Assembly (NCBI RefSeq): GCF_963921235.1
Contig: NC_086097.1
Location: 236,408,001-236,472,000 of the forward strand
From: Mobula hypostoma
Lineage: Eukaryota
DNA: 64,000 nt
Direction of reading: 5' to 3'
The translations under genes were made by a program, and so were the position numbers. The stretch's first letter is position 1. Every line of letters begins with the position of its first letter. This document shows, piece after piece, positions 38,021 through 52,100 of this stretch. Below the pieces are notes generated by a model, which saw nothing but the letters and a program-made list of their open reading frames with translations, was not told the origin of the DNA and made no database searches.

Positions 38021-39319
38021 GACCTTTCTTTTGTTACCAAGTTCAACTTTATAAACACAAGATCTGGCACTTCTGGAGATCAAAAGTGCGTTTTGAGTAA
38101 GTTAAACTACCAAATAGTTTTCTTTCTTTAGCTTATTGTTGTTCCATTCTGAATGTAAAGGGCAAGGAATAATCAGTCTGAAGTTAAAAGGACAGCTTTG
38201 CAAATGGCACTGTCTATCGAACAGAGTACTGGTCCACAGCACCTGGGCTAATTTTTCAGGAGATATGGTGAATGACAATGGTGTTATGTTAATTGGGCTT
38301 GCATCAAACCAGACAATGCTGACTAAGTTATTTAGTTCAAGGAAGCTTGCTGACAAGAATGATATTATCACTTAGCACATCAAATAGCTGATCTTTCAAT
38401 AAGTTGGAAGGTTTGTGAACTCAAAAATTCAGCTTCATAGCATTAAATGTGGGTATCAGGAAATCTCTGTTCCCAGAAGCTTTTAGACCATCTGTGTGAA
38501 TAGGTATCTGAAAAGAATATTACATGTGTGTGACATCAATCAAATGACACAGAAACAGTATAAATGTAGAGAACCATCAAGCTTATTAGGAATGGTCCAG
38601 GTATATCAAGAAGAATGACAGAAAGATCAGATGAACTACAATCCTTTTGTCTGCCTTTGATTTCTGCGACGGATGATTCACTTGTCTGCAACTCATTGGC
38701 ATGTCCTTTTAGCTTATTGGAATTACACCTGTTTTAGAAATAATTTGCAATTTGGAAATGTTTTATATGATAGAAAATTTCAATGAGGTTTAAAAGCGTC
38801 TTAAGAATTTTACCTGGATTAAGATGTTTTTCGCTAAAAATAAATGAACGGTATTTAAACTGCTTTGTAAGCTGTAACTATTTCCTCTTTGATAGGGAGT
38901 GGACCCACTGAGTAAATAGTGCATATTGGCAGCTACACTCACAGTGGAGGATAGACAAGAAAGTGAACTAGTCTTAGAAGATTACATGGTTACAGTATAA
39001 CCTCCCTTTATTGAGGTCAACCATGGCAATCTACAATATATTGAATGGGGTTTAAGATCTCCTTCTGAGTTTAGAACTTCATGGTCAACTAACCCTATAC
39101 CTTCACACATGCACATCGAAACCTACAGTGAAATATATCCTTTGCATCAAATCACATCAGCAAGAATTGTGCAGGGAACAGCTCTCAAGTACCGCCACAA
39201 TTCCAGCAGCAACACAGCATGCCCACAACTTACTCATCCTAACCCATACATCTTTGGAATGTGGGGGAAACTGGCAGTACCCAGAAACCCACACAGTCAC
39301 AGTGAGCATGTAGATACTG

Positions 39320-40912
39320 TGTTGGAACTTTTGTAAACCATCAAGTTGGATAAGTCGACAGGAGCAGATGAGATGTACACCAAGCTACTGTGGGAGGCGA
39401 GGAAGGAGACTGCTGAGCCTCTGGCAATGATCTTTGCATCATCAGTGGAGACGGGAGAGGTTCCAGAGGATTAGAGGGTTGCGGATGTTGTTCCCTTATT
39501 CAAAAAAGGGAGTACAGATAGCCCAGGAAATTATAGACCAGTGAGTCTTACCTCAGTGGTTGGTAAGTTGATGGAAAAATCCTGAGAGGCAGGATTTATG
39601 AACGTTTGGAGAGGTATAATATAATTAGGAATAGTCAGCGTGGCTTTGTCAAGGGCAGGTCGTGCCTTACGAGCCTGATTGAATTTTTTGAGGATGTGAC
39701 TAAACACATTGATGAAAGAAGAGCAGTAGATGTAGTGTATATGGATTTCAGCAAAGCATTTGATAAGGTACCCCATGGCAGGCTTATTGAGAAAGTAAGG
39801 AGGCATGGGATCCAAGGGGACATTGTTTTGTGGATCCAGAACTGGCTTGCCCGCAGAAGGCAAAGAGTGGTTGTAGATGGGTCATATTCTGCATGGAGGT
39901 CGATCACCAGTGCAGTGCTTCAGGGATCTGTTCTGGGACCATTACTCTTTGTGATTTTTATAAATGACCTGGATGAGGAAGTTGAGGGATGGGTTAGTAA
40001 ATTTGCTGATCACAGAAAGGTTAGGGGTGTTGTGGATAGTGTGGAGGGCTGTCAGAGGTTACAGCGGGACATTGATAGGATGCAAAACAGGGCTGAGAAG
40101 TGGCAGATGGCGTTCAACCCAGTTAAGTGTGAAGTGGTTCTTTTTGGTAGGTCAAATATGATGGCAGAATATAGTATTAATGGTAAGACTCTTGGCAGTG
40201 TGGAAGATTAGAGGGAACTTGGGGTCTGAGCCCATAGGACGCTCAAAGCAGCTGCGCAGGTTGACTCTATGGTTAAGGAGGCTTATGATGTATTGACCTT
40301 CATCAATCTTGGAATTGAATTTAGGAGCCGAGATGTAATGTTGCAGCTATATAGGACCCTGGTCAGACCCCACTTGGAGTACTGTGCTCAGTTCTGGTCA
40401 CCTCGCTACAGCAAGGATGTGGAAGCCATAGAAAAGGTGCAGAGGAGACTTACAAGGTTGTTGCCTGGATTGGAGAGCATGCCTTATGGGAATAGGTTGA
40501 GTGAACTCGGCCTTTTCTCCTTGGAGTGACGGAGGATGAGAAGTGATCTGATAGGAGTATAAGATGATGAGAGTTATTGATCGTGTGGATAGTCAAAGGC
40601 TTTTTCCCAGGGCTGAAATGGTTGCCACAAGTGGACACAGGTTTAAGTTGCTGGGGAGTGATTACAGAGGAGATGTCAGGGGTAAGTTTTTTACTCAGAG
40701 AGTGATGAGTGGGTGGAATGGGCTGCTGGCAACAGTGGTAGAGACAGATATGATAGGGTCTTTTAAGAGACTTTTGGATAGGTACATGAAGTTTAGAAAA
40801 ATAGAGGGCTATGGGTAAGCCTAGTAATTTCTAAGGTAGGGACATGTTGGCACAACTTTGTTGGCCAAAGAGCCTGTATTGTGCTGTAGGATTTCTATGT
40901 TTCTATGTTTCT
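39320..40912 (+). mobile_element. CR1 LINE, 5'-truncated
   Basis: ORFs 39606..40211, 40269..40529 and 40564..40818; (TTTCTATG)n tail; same subfamily as 4006-4963. Confidence 0.94.
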
Positions 40913-41120
40913 TTAACACACAAACTCCTTACAGAGATTGACAGGAATTGAACACTGATCTTCAATTCTGCGAACCACAACAGTTTAATAACAAATCCGT
41001 CATTCATCCGTGGTATTGACAGTTTTTGCGTTCCAAACTTTAGCAAAAATTAAAGAAGCTGTACCTCAAATGCAATCTGGTGAATATTGGTGAAGCTCCA
41101 ATTTCAATCGCATTTTACTT

Positions 41121-41986
41121 TTCTCTTTTCCAGCTATAAATACCAATACAGTATAACTAAAAATAACATGGAATGCATGAATAACACTCCAAAATTTCTC
41201 CACGTTGCCAAAAGGTATTTTAATCTGCAAACTTTTTTTTTGCATAGAGTATGATTTTACATTATAATCAGTGCTGATCTTCCTTTATTAACCTTCTAGC
41301 AGAATTTATATAATTGCATCTGAGAATCTTTTGTAGCTCTATGTCAGATATTTGATTACTGGAGATTGCAAATTCCAGCTTCATGAATTCAGTACGTTCA
41401 GATAAACTTCTGTTCCCTTAGTGCCAAGTGCAATTACATTTAAGGATCTTTATTTTTTTAAGGAAGGACTTTTTTTCTTTTGATCATTAACTACCCTGAA
41501 TCATTACTTGATTCGTCCCAGTTCTTACAACCCTGAACTGAATCCTCGAAGCTAGAGGACCAGTGGACCACTCTTAGTCAGTCCTCTGACCTTTGACCTG
41601 ATGGGCATGGGTGACCCTACCAAAAGCCAAACCATAAAACTCTGACTCCAGCCAGCATAGCTCTCCAAGTCCTTGAGGCACACAAACCTCCAAACCACAA
41701 CAAGCTTGTGGTGCTCTTTGAAGATTTCCTTAATTCCGTCTCTCTAAAATATCAATAAAAAATTTTAATCTCATGTCATTTATTCTCTTTTCCAGCTATC
41801 CTGTAAAAATACAACAGAACTAAAAATTACAGAATGCACAGATTATTTTCCACAATTTCCCCACTTCTGCAAAAGGAATTTTAACCAGCAAACTTAAATA
41901 ATTTTTGTCTAGAGAGTGAATAAACATTATAATCAATGTTGAACTTCCTTTATTTCTAGATGAATTTATATAATTGCATCTGAGAA
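41121..41986 (+). repeat. Diverged direct duplication of about 205 bp (41121-41326 and 41783-41986)
   Basis: Both copies start TTCTCTTTTCCAGCTAT and end GAATTTATATAATTGCATCTGAGAA, with colinear similarity between. Confidence 0.85.
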
Positions 41987-42081
41987 AGTTGTAAGATTCT
42001 CTTTTGTGTTATTTTCAGGTGCATTTAATTTCTAATCATTTTGTAATTACAATATGGTTCATGTTATGTGACCAATTTAGT

Positions 42082-42355
42082 GTGTGTGTCTGTGTATGCG
42101 CGCGCCCTTAACTCCTGGTGCAGTCATCGGGGCGCCATCATGACAAGCCTTTTTTTATGCTCATCGTACGGTGTGCCTTGGGCATCTGAAACCTGGCGGA
42201 GCCCATCCCTCTGCAGGTTTTTTTAACGAGGTCGAGTTGTTAGCTCAAAACTCAACCCGGACACGGATGGAAAGCGTGCAAGGGAGCCGACCGGGTTTGA
42301 ACTCGGGACCTCCCGCCCCGAAGTCCAGCGCCGATGCCACTACGCCACCAGCCGA
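42082..42355 (-). mobile_element. Young tRNA-derived SINE with (CA)n tail
   Basis: A box TGGCGTAGTGG and B box GAGTTCAAACC; CpG-rich; TSD CAATTTAGT at 42073-42081 and 42356-42364. Confidence 0.88.
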
Positions 42356-43279
42356 CAATTTAGTACATCTATAATAATTGAATGCTAGATACATGAAATG
42401 CCAATTGACATTTATAGCTTTGTAAATCTTGACATTCATTCTCTATCAAACTGAAGTTTCCAATTAAGTCTAGTAGAATACCTCATATATGTGATTGGAT
42501 TTAAGAGCTTAATGGGTTATCACAGTACGTTCCAATTCTCTGCAGTTGAAACCAGATGGAATATGAAATGTTACCTGCCAAAACTTGATGTTCACTAATG
42601 CAATTTGTTCAAAATACATCACAAAACATGATTACATCTCATCAAAATTTCTTTCAAGTATTCAGAAACAAATGTTCTCAGAGTGATTAATTCATTCTCA
42701 TACCTCAGATCCACCAACATCCTTCCCTATTTGCCCAACAAGACAGGAAATAATCAATTGTTGTTTACAATTAGGCTGAATAATAGGAGAAAGCTTTGAT
42801 AGGAGCACAAAAATCTGAGCATGTAGATGAAAGGAGCCAGATGGTATTGGTTTTTCAGGATAGTTAATGCCAGCACAGATACATGTAACTGCAGATGTTA
42901 GCCTTTGAGAGCAGATGGCTTATTACCACAGTACCATAGGAGTTCACTATTGTTTTATAATAAAGCACTTTAACATGCATAGTAACATATAATTTGATGA
43001 CCATCAGAGAATTGAATGGTATTAGTATTACAGAAAGCTAATTTGATTACAGATGTGCTAACACAAATATTCTTCAGAGAAGGTGTTCCAAAGTCAAATC
43101 TTGCTAACAGAGTGCACATCACAATGATCACTGATATAAAATCATGGACTTTCTTTTGTACAATGAATTCTTTTGCATGTTGGCTATTTGTCAATCTTAG
43201 TCTATTTATGTATAGTTTTTCATAAATTATATTGTATTTCTTATTTTTCCTGTAAACCCCTCAAGAAAATGGTATGAGG

Positions 43280-45480
43280 TGTATCGATAGTTCAGTAGAA
43301 CAAAGGATATTACCGTGGTATGAGAGAGGAACTGGCCCAAGTCGATTGGAAAAGTAAGCTAGATGGAGGGACGGTGGAGCAGAATTGGATGAAATTCCTA
43401 CAAGGAATAAGGAAAGTGCAGGAAAAATATATTCCAAGAAAAAAGAAAATCATGAATGGAAGAATGGCACAAATGTGGCTAACGAGAGAGGTTAAGGCTA
43501 AAATAAAAGCAAAAGAGACAGCGTACAAGGAAGCAAAAATTAGTGGGAAAACTGAGGACTGGTTGACTTTTAAAAACTTACAGAAGGAAACTAAGAAAGC
43601 CATTAGGAAAGAAAAGATGAATTATGAATGGAACTTGGCAATTAATATAAAAAAGGATACTAAGAGTTTTTAAAAAAAATATATGAAGAGTAAAAGAGTG
43701 ACACGGGTAGATATAGGACCCATTAAAAATAATGCTGGAGAAATTATAATGGGTAACAAAGAGATGGCAGAGGAACTAAATGAGTATTTTGCATCAGTCT
43801 TCACAGTGGAAGACATAGCAATCATACCTGATAGCCAGAGGTCTCAGGGAAAAGAATTAGGTACAGTCAAGATTACTAGAAAGAAAGTGCTTGGGAAGCT
43901 AAATGGACTAAAAATAGGTAAGTCTCCCGGACTGGATGAGGTGCACCCACAGGTTCTGAAGGAGGTGGCTTTGGAGATTGTGGAGGCATTGGAAATGATC
44001 TTTCAGGAATCAATAGACTCTGGCATGGTTCTGGACGACTGGAAGATCACAAATGTAGTTCCTCCATTTAAGAAAGGAGGGAGGCCGCAAAAAGAAAATT
44101 ACTGACCTATTAGTCTGATATCCATAGTTGGAAAGTTATTGGAGTCAATCCTCAAGGACGAGGTTATGAAATACCTTGAGGTGCATGACAAGATAGGCCC
44201 AAGCCAGCATGGTTTCATGAAGGGAAGATCCTGCCTCACCAACCTATTGGAATTTTTTGAGGTAATCTCAAATGAGATTGATAAGGGAGAGGCTGTGGAT
44301 GTTTTGTATTTGGATTTTCAAAAGGCCTTCGATAAGGTGCCGCATAAAAGGCTGCTTAATAAAATGAGAGCCCATTGAATTACAGGAAAGATATTAGAAT
44401 GGGTGGAGCATTGGCTGATAGAGAGAAAGCAAAGGGTGGGAATAAAGGGATCCTATTCCGATTGGTTGCTGGTTACTAGTGGTGTTCTGCAGGGGTTGGT
44501 GTAGGGGCTGCTTCTTTTTACAATGTATATCAATGACTTAGATTATGGATTAAATGGTTTTGTGGCTAAGTTTGTGGATGACACCAAGATAGGTGGAGGA
44601 GCAGGAAGTGTTGAAGAAATGGAAAGGTTGCAGAGAGACTTGGTCAGTTTAGGAGAGCGGGCAAAGAAATGCCAGATGAGATACAACGTTGAGAAATATA
44701 CAGTTGTACATTTTTGAAGATGAAATAATTGGGCAGATTATATTTAGATGGGGAGAAAATTCAAAAATTAGAAGTGCAAAGGGACTTGGGAGTCCTCGTG
44801 CAGGATACCCTAAAGGTTAACCACCAGGTTAGATCGGCAGTAAGGAAAGCAAATGCTATGTTGGCATTCATTTCAAGAGGAATAGTGTATAAGAGTAAGG
44901 AGGTGTTGATGAGGCTCTATGGGGCACTGGTGAGACCTCATTTGGAATACTGTGCGCAGTTTTGGGTCCCCTATCTTAGAAGGGATGTACTGATGTTGGA
45001 AAGAGTTCAGAGAAGATTTACGAGGATGATTCCTGGAACACAGGGGCTAACATATGAGGAGCGCTTGTCGGCTCTTGGACTGTATTCATTAGAGTATAGA
45101 AGAATGAGAGGGCATCTCATAGAAACATTTCGAATGTTGAAAGGATTGGACAGAGTAGATGTGGAAAGGCTGTTTCCCTTGGTGCGTGAGTCCAGGACAA
45201 GAGGGTCTTAGAATTAGAGGGTACCCAGTTAAAACAGAGATGAGGAGAAGTTTTTTTAGCCAGAGGATTGTGGACTTATGGAATTCATTTCAGCTGTGGA
45301 GGCCTGATCATTGAGGGTGTTTAAGGAGGAGATTGATAGGTATCTAATTAGTCAGGGTATCAGGGGATATGGGGAAAAAGCAGGAAATTGGAACTAGATG
45401 GGAGAATAGTTTAGCTCATGGTGGAGTGGCGATGCAGACTTGATGGGCCAAAAGGCCTATTTATGCTCCTTTGTCTTATG
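43280..45480 (+). mobile_element. CR1 LINE, 5'-truncated, inserted in a Rex-like 3' tail
   Basis: ORFs 43320..43673, 43683..44105, 44139..44378, 44523..44717 and 44729..45211; GAAAATG on both flanks. Confidence 0.93.
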
Positions 45481-45597
45481 AAAATGAACCTCAAGGTAGT
45501 ATAGGTACTTTGATAATAAATTTAGTTTGAACAAGAAGTCAAAGGTTGTTATTTCCAATATCATGGCCAGTCAGTGTTTCAGCTTTCTAGCAAACAG

Positions 45598-46560
45598 CAA
45601 TCAGAATCAGGTTTAATATCACTGGCATGTCGTTGAATTTGTTGACTTTGCAGCAGCAGTACAATGCGATACATAATAATAGAGAAAAATTGTGAATTAC
45701 CATAAGTGTGTGTATATAGACTCGTGAGACCATGGATTTGCACTTGGAAGGATTCCAGGGCGCAGGGCTGGGCAAGGTTGTATGGAAGACCGGCAGTTGC
45801 CCATGCTGTAAGTCGCCCCTCTCCACGCCACCGATCTTGACAAGGGAAGGGCATTAGGACCCATACAGCTTGGCACCGGTGTCATCGCAGAGCAATGTGT
45901 GGTTAAGTGCCTTGCTCAAGGACACACGTGCTGCCTCAGCCAAGACTCGAACTAGCGACCTTCAGATCACTAGACGAACACCTTAACCACTTGGCCATGC
46001 GCCAACACAATAAATATATATATTTTAAAAATAGTTAAGTTAATTAAGCAGTGCAAAAATAAAAATAATAAAAATAGTGAGGCAGCATTCATAGGTTCAA
46101 AGTCGGTTTAGAAATCTGATGACAGAGGGGGTGAATCTCTTCCTGAATCACTGAGTGTGCACTTTTAGGCTTTTGTATCTCCTTCCTGGAAGCAGCAATG
46201 AGAACGAGGCATGACATGAGCGAAGGGGGTCCTTAATAAGGGACATCGCCTTTTTGAGGCATCGCTCCTTCAAGGTGTCCTGGATACTAGAGAGGCTCGA
46301 GCTATCTGCAGCTTTTTTTGATCCTCTGCAGTAACACCCCCAGTCCCAATACCAGACAAAGATGCAGCCAGTTAGATTGCTCTCCATGGTACATCAGGAG
46401 AAACTTTCAAGTGTTTTTGGTTAGATACCAAATCTTCTCAAAGTCCTAAAGAAATATATCCTCTGTCATGCCTTCTTTGTAGCTGCATCAATATATTGGG
46501 CCCAGGTTAGATCCTCAGAGATATAGACACCCAGGAATTTGTAAATGCTTACTCTTTCCA
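45598..46560 (-). mobile_element. Old Rex-like 3' fragment containing a SINE
   Basis: ORF 46148..46387 (IQDTLKERCLKKAMSLIKDP...PGRRYKSLK); tail as at 36960. Confidence 0.75.
45720..46008 (-). mobile_element. tRNA-derived SINE, family of 17786-18064
   Basis: A box TGGCCAAGTGG and B box TAGTTCGAGTC on the minus strand; colinear with 17786-18064. Confidence 0.82.
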
Positions 46561-47445
46561 CTTGCCTCTCAAATCTCGAACAATCTCTATTCTTCTAACG
46601 TATCCAATTGCCAGTAAATAGCTATAAATAATTTATATTCTTTGAATTTAAATAACTAATCTTTTCTCATCTAAGTAATGAATTTAATCTCCATAGCTAT
46701 ATTTTTGCATTAAAATATTTATTATGTGGTTGGATAAAAAGTAATTAGTCTTTTATTTATTAACAATATGCCTTTCCATCAGCATGTGAATTGTATGGAC
46801 ATGTCCATGCTTGTACAATTACAATGACCATGAGTTTATTTTACCAGAATTTAACTCCAAGTGCAGATTCTAATCATCAGTCTAAGTCTATTGGAGTTCT
46901 TAAGAGCTCCCTGTGTAAAGTAGCTTCTCATCAAAGAAATGTGATAACATTGCAACAAAAGAATTGCAAATGCTAGAAACTTGAAATGAAAACAGAAAAT
47001 TGTAAAAATACTCAGCAGATTAGTCAGTGACTGTGGAGAAAAAGGAACCATTAATATTTCAGTCTGATGACCTTGTGACGAAGGTGGGAAAAGTTAAAAA
47101 GAAGCATGTTTTACAGTACTGTGCAAAAGTCTTATGCACCCTAGCTGTATATTTCAGCTCCATCTTGGGTACTCGCCTCTGTAGTATCCTGGATATCTTC
47201 AAGGAGTGGTTTTTCAAAAAGACAGCATCCATTACGAAGGACCCTCAACACCCAGGACATGCCCTTTTCTTATTGTTACCATCAGGCAGGAGGTATCGAA
47301 GCCTGAAGGCACACACTCAGTGACTCAGGAACAGCTTCTTCCCCTCTGCCATCTGATTCCTGAATGGACATTGAACCCATGAACACTACCTTCCTTTTTT
47401 AAATATTATTTGTTTTTGCACTATTTAAAAAGTAACTAATTAATA

Positions 47446-48205
47446 TAGAACATAGAACATAGAATAGTACAGCACAGTACAGGCCCTTCAGCCCACAATG
47501 TTGTGCCGACCCTCAAACCCTGCCTCCCATATAAGCCCCCACCTTCAATTCCTCCATATACCTGTCTAGTAGTCTTTTAAACTTCACTAGTGTATCTGCC
47601 TCCACCACTGACTCAGGCAGTGCATTCCACGCACCAACCACTCTCTGAGTAAAAACCCTTCCTCTAATATCCCCCTTGAACTTCCCACCCCTTACCTTAA
47701 AGCCATGTCCTCTTGTATTGAGCAGTGGTGCCCTGGGGAAGAGGCGCTGGCTATCCACTCTATCCATTCCTCTTATTATCTTGTACACCTCTATCTTGTC
47801 TCCTCTCATCCTCCTTCTCTCCAAAGAGTAAAGCTCTAGCTCCCTTAATCTCTGATCATAATGCATACTCTCTAAACCAGGCAGCATCCTGGTAAATCTC
47901 CTCTGTCCCCTTTCCAATGCTTCCACATCCTTCCTATAGTGAGGCGACCAAAACTGGACACAGTACTCCAAGTGTGGCCTAACCAGAGTTTTACAGAGCT
48001 GCATCATTACATTGTGACTCTTAAACTCTATCCCTTGACTTATGAAAGCTAACACCCCATAAGCTTTCTTAACTACCCTATCCACCTGTGAGGCAACTTT
48101 CAGGGATCTGTGGACATGTACACCCAGACCCTCTGCTCCTCCACACTACCAAGTATCCTGCCATTTACTTTGTACTCTGCCTTGGAGTTTGTCCTTCCAA
48201 AGTGT
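47446..48205 (-). mobile_element. Young CR1 3' fragment inserted in a Rex-like tail
   Basis: ORF 47513..48085 is uninterrupted for 190 aa; nearly identical to 57328-57897. Confidence 0.93.
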
Positions 48206-48508
48206 ACATATGTATACTTACTATAATTGAGTTATTTTTTTTTCTATATTGTCAGGTATTGCATTGTACTGCTGTCGCTAAGTTCACAAAATTAACGACA
48301 TAATCCAATGATATTGAACCTGATTTTGATTCTAATATCCCTAAGACATTAGCAAAATACTGTACATTGCTCTGCACATTTCGCTGCCACTTAAAACATG
48401 TTTGCTATATAATCTTTCCTATTGTACACCTGATGTAAGGTCATTAAAATAGGTCTGATGAAGGATCTCAGGCCCGAAACACTGGCTTCTTATTTTTCTC
48501 TATACATG

Positions 48509-49153
48509 TGTAGCCCCCCGGGCCAGCCTCAGGGCCGCTCGGGTCGCTCTGCTCGCTGTCGTCTAGGGAGACAGCCCTCGGCCCAGCCAAACTGGGTAAT
48601 TGTGTGGATGCTGTGTGATGTACCCCACTCCGCCCAAATAACGGACAATACACCAGATTACTGGAACTACATAATTAATAGAGAATAAAATATAAAAGGA
48701 AAATCAAAGGTGCCACACTTATCAAAGTTCAATCTCTTCATGCACAAACAGTTGGAGCGCAGGACCCTTCTTCTTCACCCTGTGATCCCTCGGACCACCT
48801 CGACCGGCTGCCTGGGACCAACAACAGTGGTCGACCAGACTCTCCACACGAGTCCATCTCCGTCTCCTCTCCTCGCCGAACGCCCCGCTCAGGGTCCGAC
48901 CCCGTTAGCGGACTCACAGCACCTGGTCCATCCTCCGTTTCTCTCTCCCGCCTTCCCCCCCAAAACCCCACGCATACAATATCTTCAAATACACCAAAAA
49001 CATAACAACTATCCCAATTGGTTCGTTACATATTCTTTTCACACTATAACCCAAAACAAGCTGCTAGCACAAGAACTTTCTCAGCGTTTAACATAACAAA
49101 GAAGCCATTTTAATTAGCCTACGCAGTAACATAAAAGACGAAACCCCCTTACA
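48509..49153 (-). mobile_element. Solo LTR (645 bp) inserted in a Penelope pseudo-LTR remnant
   Basis: TGTA...TACA ends; TSD CATG at 48505-48508 and 49154-49157; minus-strand start homologous to the LTR at 27151 (AAAATGGCTTCTTTGTTATGTTA). Confidence 0.9.
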
Positions 49154-52100
49154 CATGCATCCTGACTTGCTAATTTCCTCCAGCATTTTGTGTGTGTTAA
49201 AATAGAACTTTCTTTCTCCATGGATGACAACTGACAGCTGACTATTTCCAGCACATGTTGTTTACAAGGACGAATTATCTTGGTATTAGAGTAGGGAATC
49301 ATTGGGACTCTTTATGCAACACACACAAAATACTGGAGGAACTCAGCAGGCCAGGCAGCTTCTATGGAAAAAAGTACAGTTGATGTTTTGGGCTGTAACC
49401 CTTCAGCAAGACTCTTTTGTTTGGGACTATTTTTGTGTTTGAGTTCCAGTTTGCTAAGATCCAACATTAGAAATGTCACCATATGAATTGTGGTGTAGAA
49501 GCTACTTATCAAATGCTTTCTTAAACAGCTCTTCAGAAATTACCTGACCAAAGTAAACCACTCCATGTTATACAGGGAAATTTGCCTCCAAAGCTAAAAT
49601 ATCACAAACAAGATAAAACAAAGAAACACGTGCGCGATAGAGTATCCGTTATGACCCCTTTGTGCTTTGGGCTATACTCACTCCCGTGGAAGGTTTTGGG
49701 AGTAAACCCCGCGGGAAAACACTGGAGGGGGAGTCCCTAAGGCAGTCCTAGTGCTTTATTGGTAACTCCTGTGACACCACTGGTGCCATATTGCATTGGT
49801 CTCTGCAGTTTCTTTGGATTCATCAGCTGCATGTAGAGGGCGAGCCTGCTGCATGGGCAACAGCTTTCTCTCCATACGATTCTACTCTGGCTTGTGCATC
49901 ATGTACACAACATCCATGGTCAACCTCAGCCAACGGAAGGCCTCACTTGCGATGTTACAAAGTAATCTGTAGCCAGATAATTACTTTTTGAAGTGTTTGC
50001 ATGTAGCAATGCAAAAAAGATAATGATAAAGATGCTCAAAGCGTAGTCCCAAACAGCGAGAAGAAAATGACAAGATCATCTACTTTACGAATGTAGGTTG
50101 AGGGGTAATTCCTAGGTTCTTCTTCAAAAATGGTGCCATTCTGTTTTGAAACACAGAATAGTATAGCACAGGAATTGAACCTTTGGTCATGTCTGTGTTG
50201 AACACAACACAAATTAAATGAAATTTCTACCTTTACATGTTCCATATCCCTCCATTCCCTGCGTCTTCATGTGTCTGTCTAAAAGCTTCTTAAATGCCAC
50301 TATAGTGCCTTTACCACCACTACCATTGGCAGCTTGTTCCAGCCGTCTACCACTTCGTGTTAAAGAAATACCCCACACATCTTTTTTTAAACTCATTCAC
50401 TTTCATTCAATGCATGTATTGTGATATTTGACATTTCTACATTGGGATAAAGATTCTTACTGCCTACTCTATCTATTACTTATTGCCATTGCCTCACGTA
50501 TGTTTAGGGCAACAATGAAGGTCCTCCATCTCTGGTGGTGTTCAGGGCTGCCTTCACTGAGCCAGTAGCTTCCTATCAGTTTTCTCTACAGCCAGTCAAG
50601 CAAGTCTCAGGTGGAGACTCCGGAACACCATCGCACTCAGATGTTGAACGATTATTCATTGCTGTTTCTGTAACAGTTTTGTTTTCCCAGTCAGGTTTTT
50701 GAGCGCTGAGCTGAACTCCCAAACCCAGAGGACTGGTGGACTGCTCTTAGTCTGGCCTCTACCCTTTGACCTGTTTGGCATGGGTGACCCGACCAAGAGC
50801 CAAAGCATAAAGCCCTGACCCCAGCCAACATAGCTCTGCCGGTCATTGAAGCACGCAAGTATCCAAACCATGACAAGGTTGTGGTCCTCCTGAAGATGCT
50901 CTATCTATATTTGTAATAATACTATAAATTCCTATCAGGTCTCCCTTCAGCTGTCAGCCCTCCAGAGAAAACAAGCTTGTCCAAATTCTGCTCATATCTC
51001 ATACCCTCTAATCCAAACATCATCCTGGTAAACCTCTTCTATATCTACTTCCAAAGAATACATATAATTCCACTAATGAGACAAACAAAATTATGCACAA
51101 AATTATACTCATTATACTTTTCAGCAGCCTCATTAAAGTTTTAAACACGAGAAATTCTGCAGATGCGGAAATCCAAAGTGACACATACAAGATACAAGAG
51201 CAGATCGGGCAGCAAATATGGAAGTAAATAAACAGCCATTGTTTTAGGATGAGACCCTTCTTCAGGACTGGCAATGAAGGGGGAAGTTGCCAGAATGAAT
51301 AGACTAAAATTTCATATAGCTGCAGTATGACTTCCTTACTCTTATACTCAATGTCCCTACCAATGAAGGCAAGAATGTCATATGTCTCCTTCACCACCCC
51401 ATCGTCTTACACAGCCACTCTCAGGGAGATATGGATTTGAATTCCAAGATCCTTCTGTACATCAGTGCTGTTAAGGATCCTACCATTAACTGCTCACTCT
51501 CCCCTTACATTTCACCTCCCGAAGTGCAAAACCTTAAACGTGTCTGTATTAAACTCCTTCATACTGTATGCTCCCCCTCAAAGAGAAGATTCTCATTTTA
51601 AAGTTCGATTCATTGGTTTGGTGATTAAGGAAATCAACAGTGCAGTCACTATTGTTCAGTAGAAAAAAAATATTTATTTTACAATAATCTATCAGATTAA
51701 CAACCACACCATTTTTTCACAGCTACCATTGGGCAGGAGTTAAAGAAGCCTGAAGTCCCATACACCAGCTTCAAGAACAACTCCTTCCCTTCAACCATTC
51801 AGTTTTTGCACCAACCAGCAAAACCCTAATCACCACCACAGTTTAGCAACAACATGACCACTCTGATTACTTGGCACATTTTTGGACATTTTTGTGCTAG
51901 TTACATTACTTTCTCATCAAAATTGTGTATAGTTTAAGTTAAACTTATGATTGCTGCTCATATGATGCAAGATGACTGTGATGCTACTGCAGGTACGTTT
52001 CTCAGTCTGAAAAAGATTCACTGCACAAATGTCAGGGGGATGAGAGATTTGTCCTATCAAGAGAGATTTCCCTTAAAATTAAATCAGATTGTGAGTGTTG

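Noticed and set aside
38814..38833. 20-nt minus-strand micro-exon and nearby ORF 38136..38375
   Set aside because: Not frame-preserving and no recognisable protein; consistent with a chance pseudo-exon
42280..42355. Genuine tRNA gene
   Set aside because: Continues into a SINE body with tail and TSD; no convincing acceptor stem
48453..48490. Further hammerhead copies (also ~18785, ~21580, ~49380, ~51245)
   Set aside because: Core nucleotides, cleavage triplet or stem I are mutated
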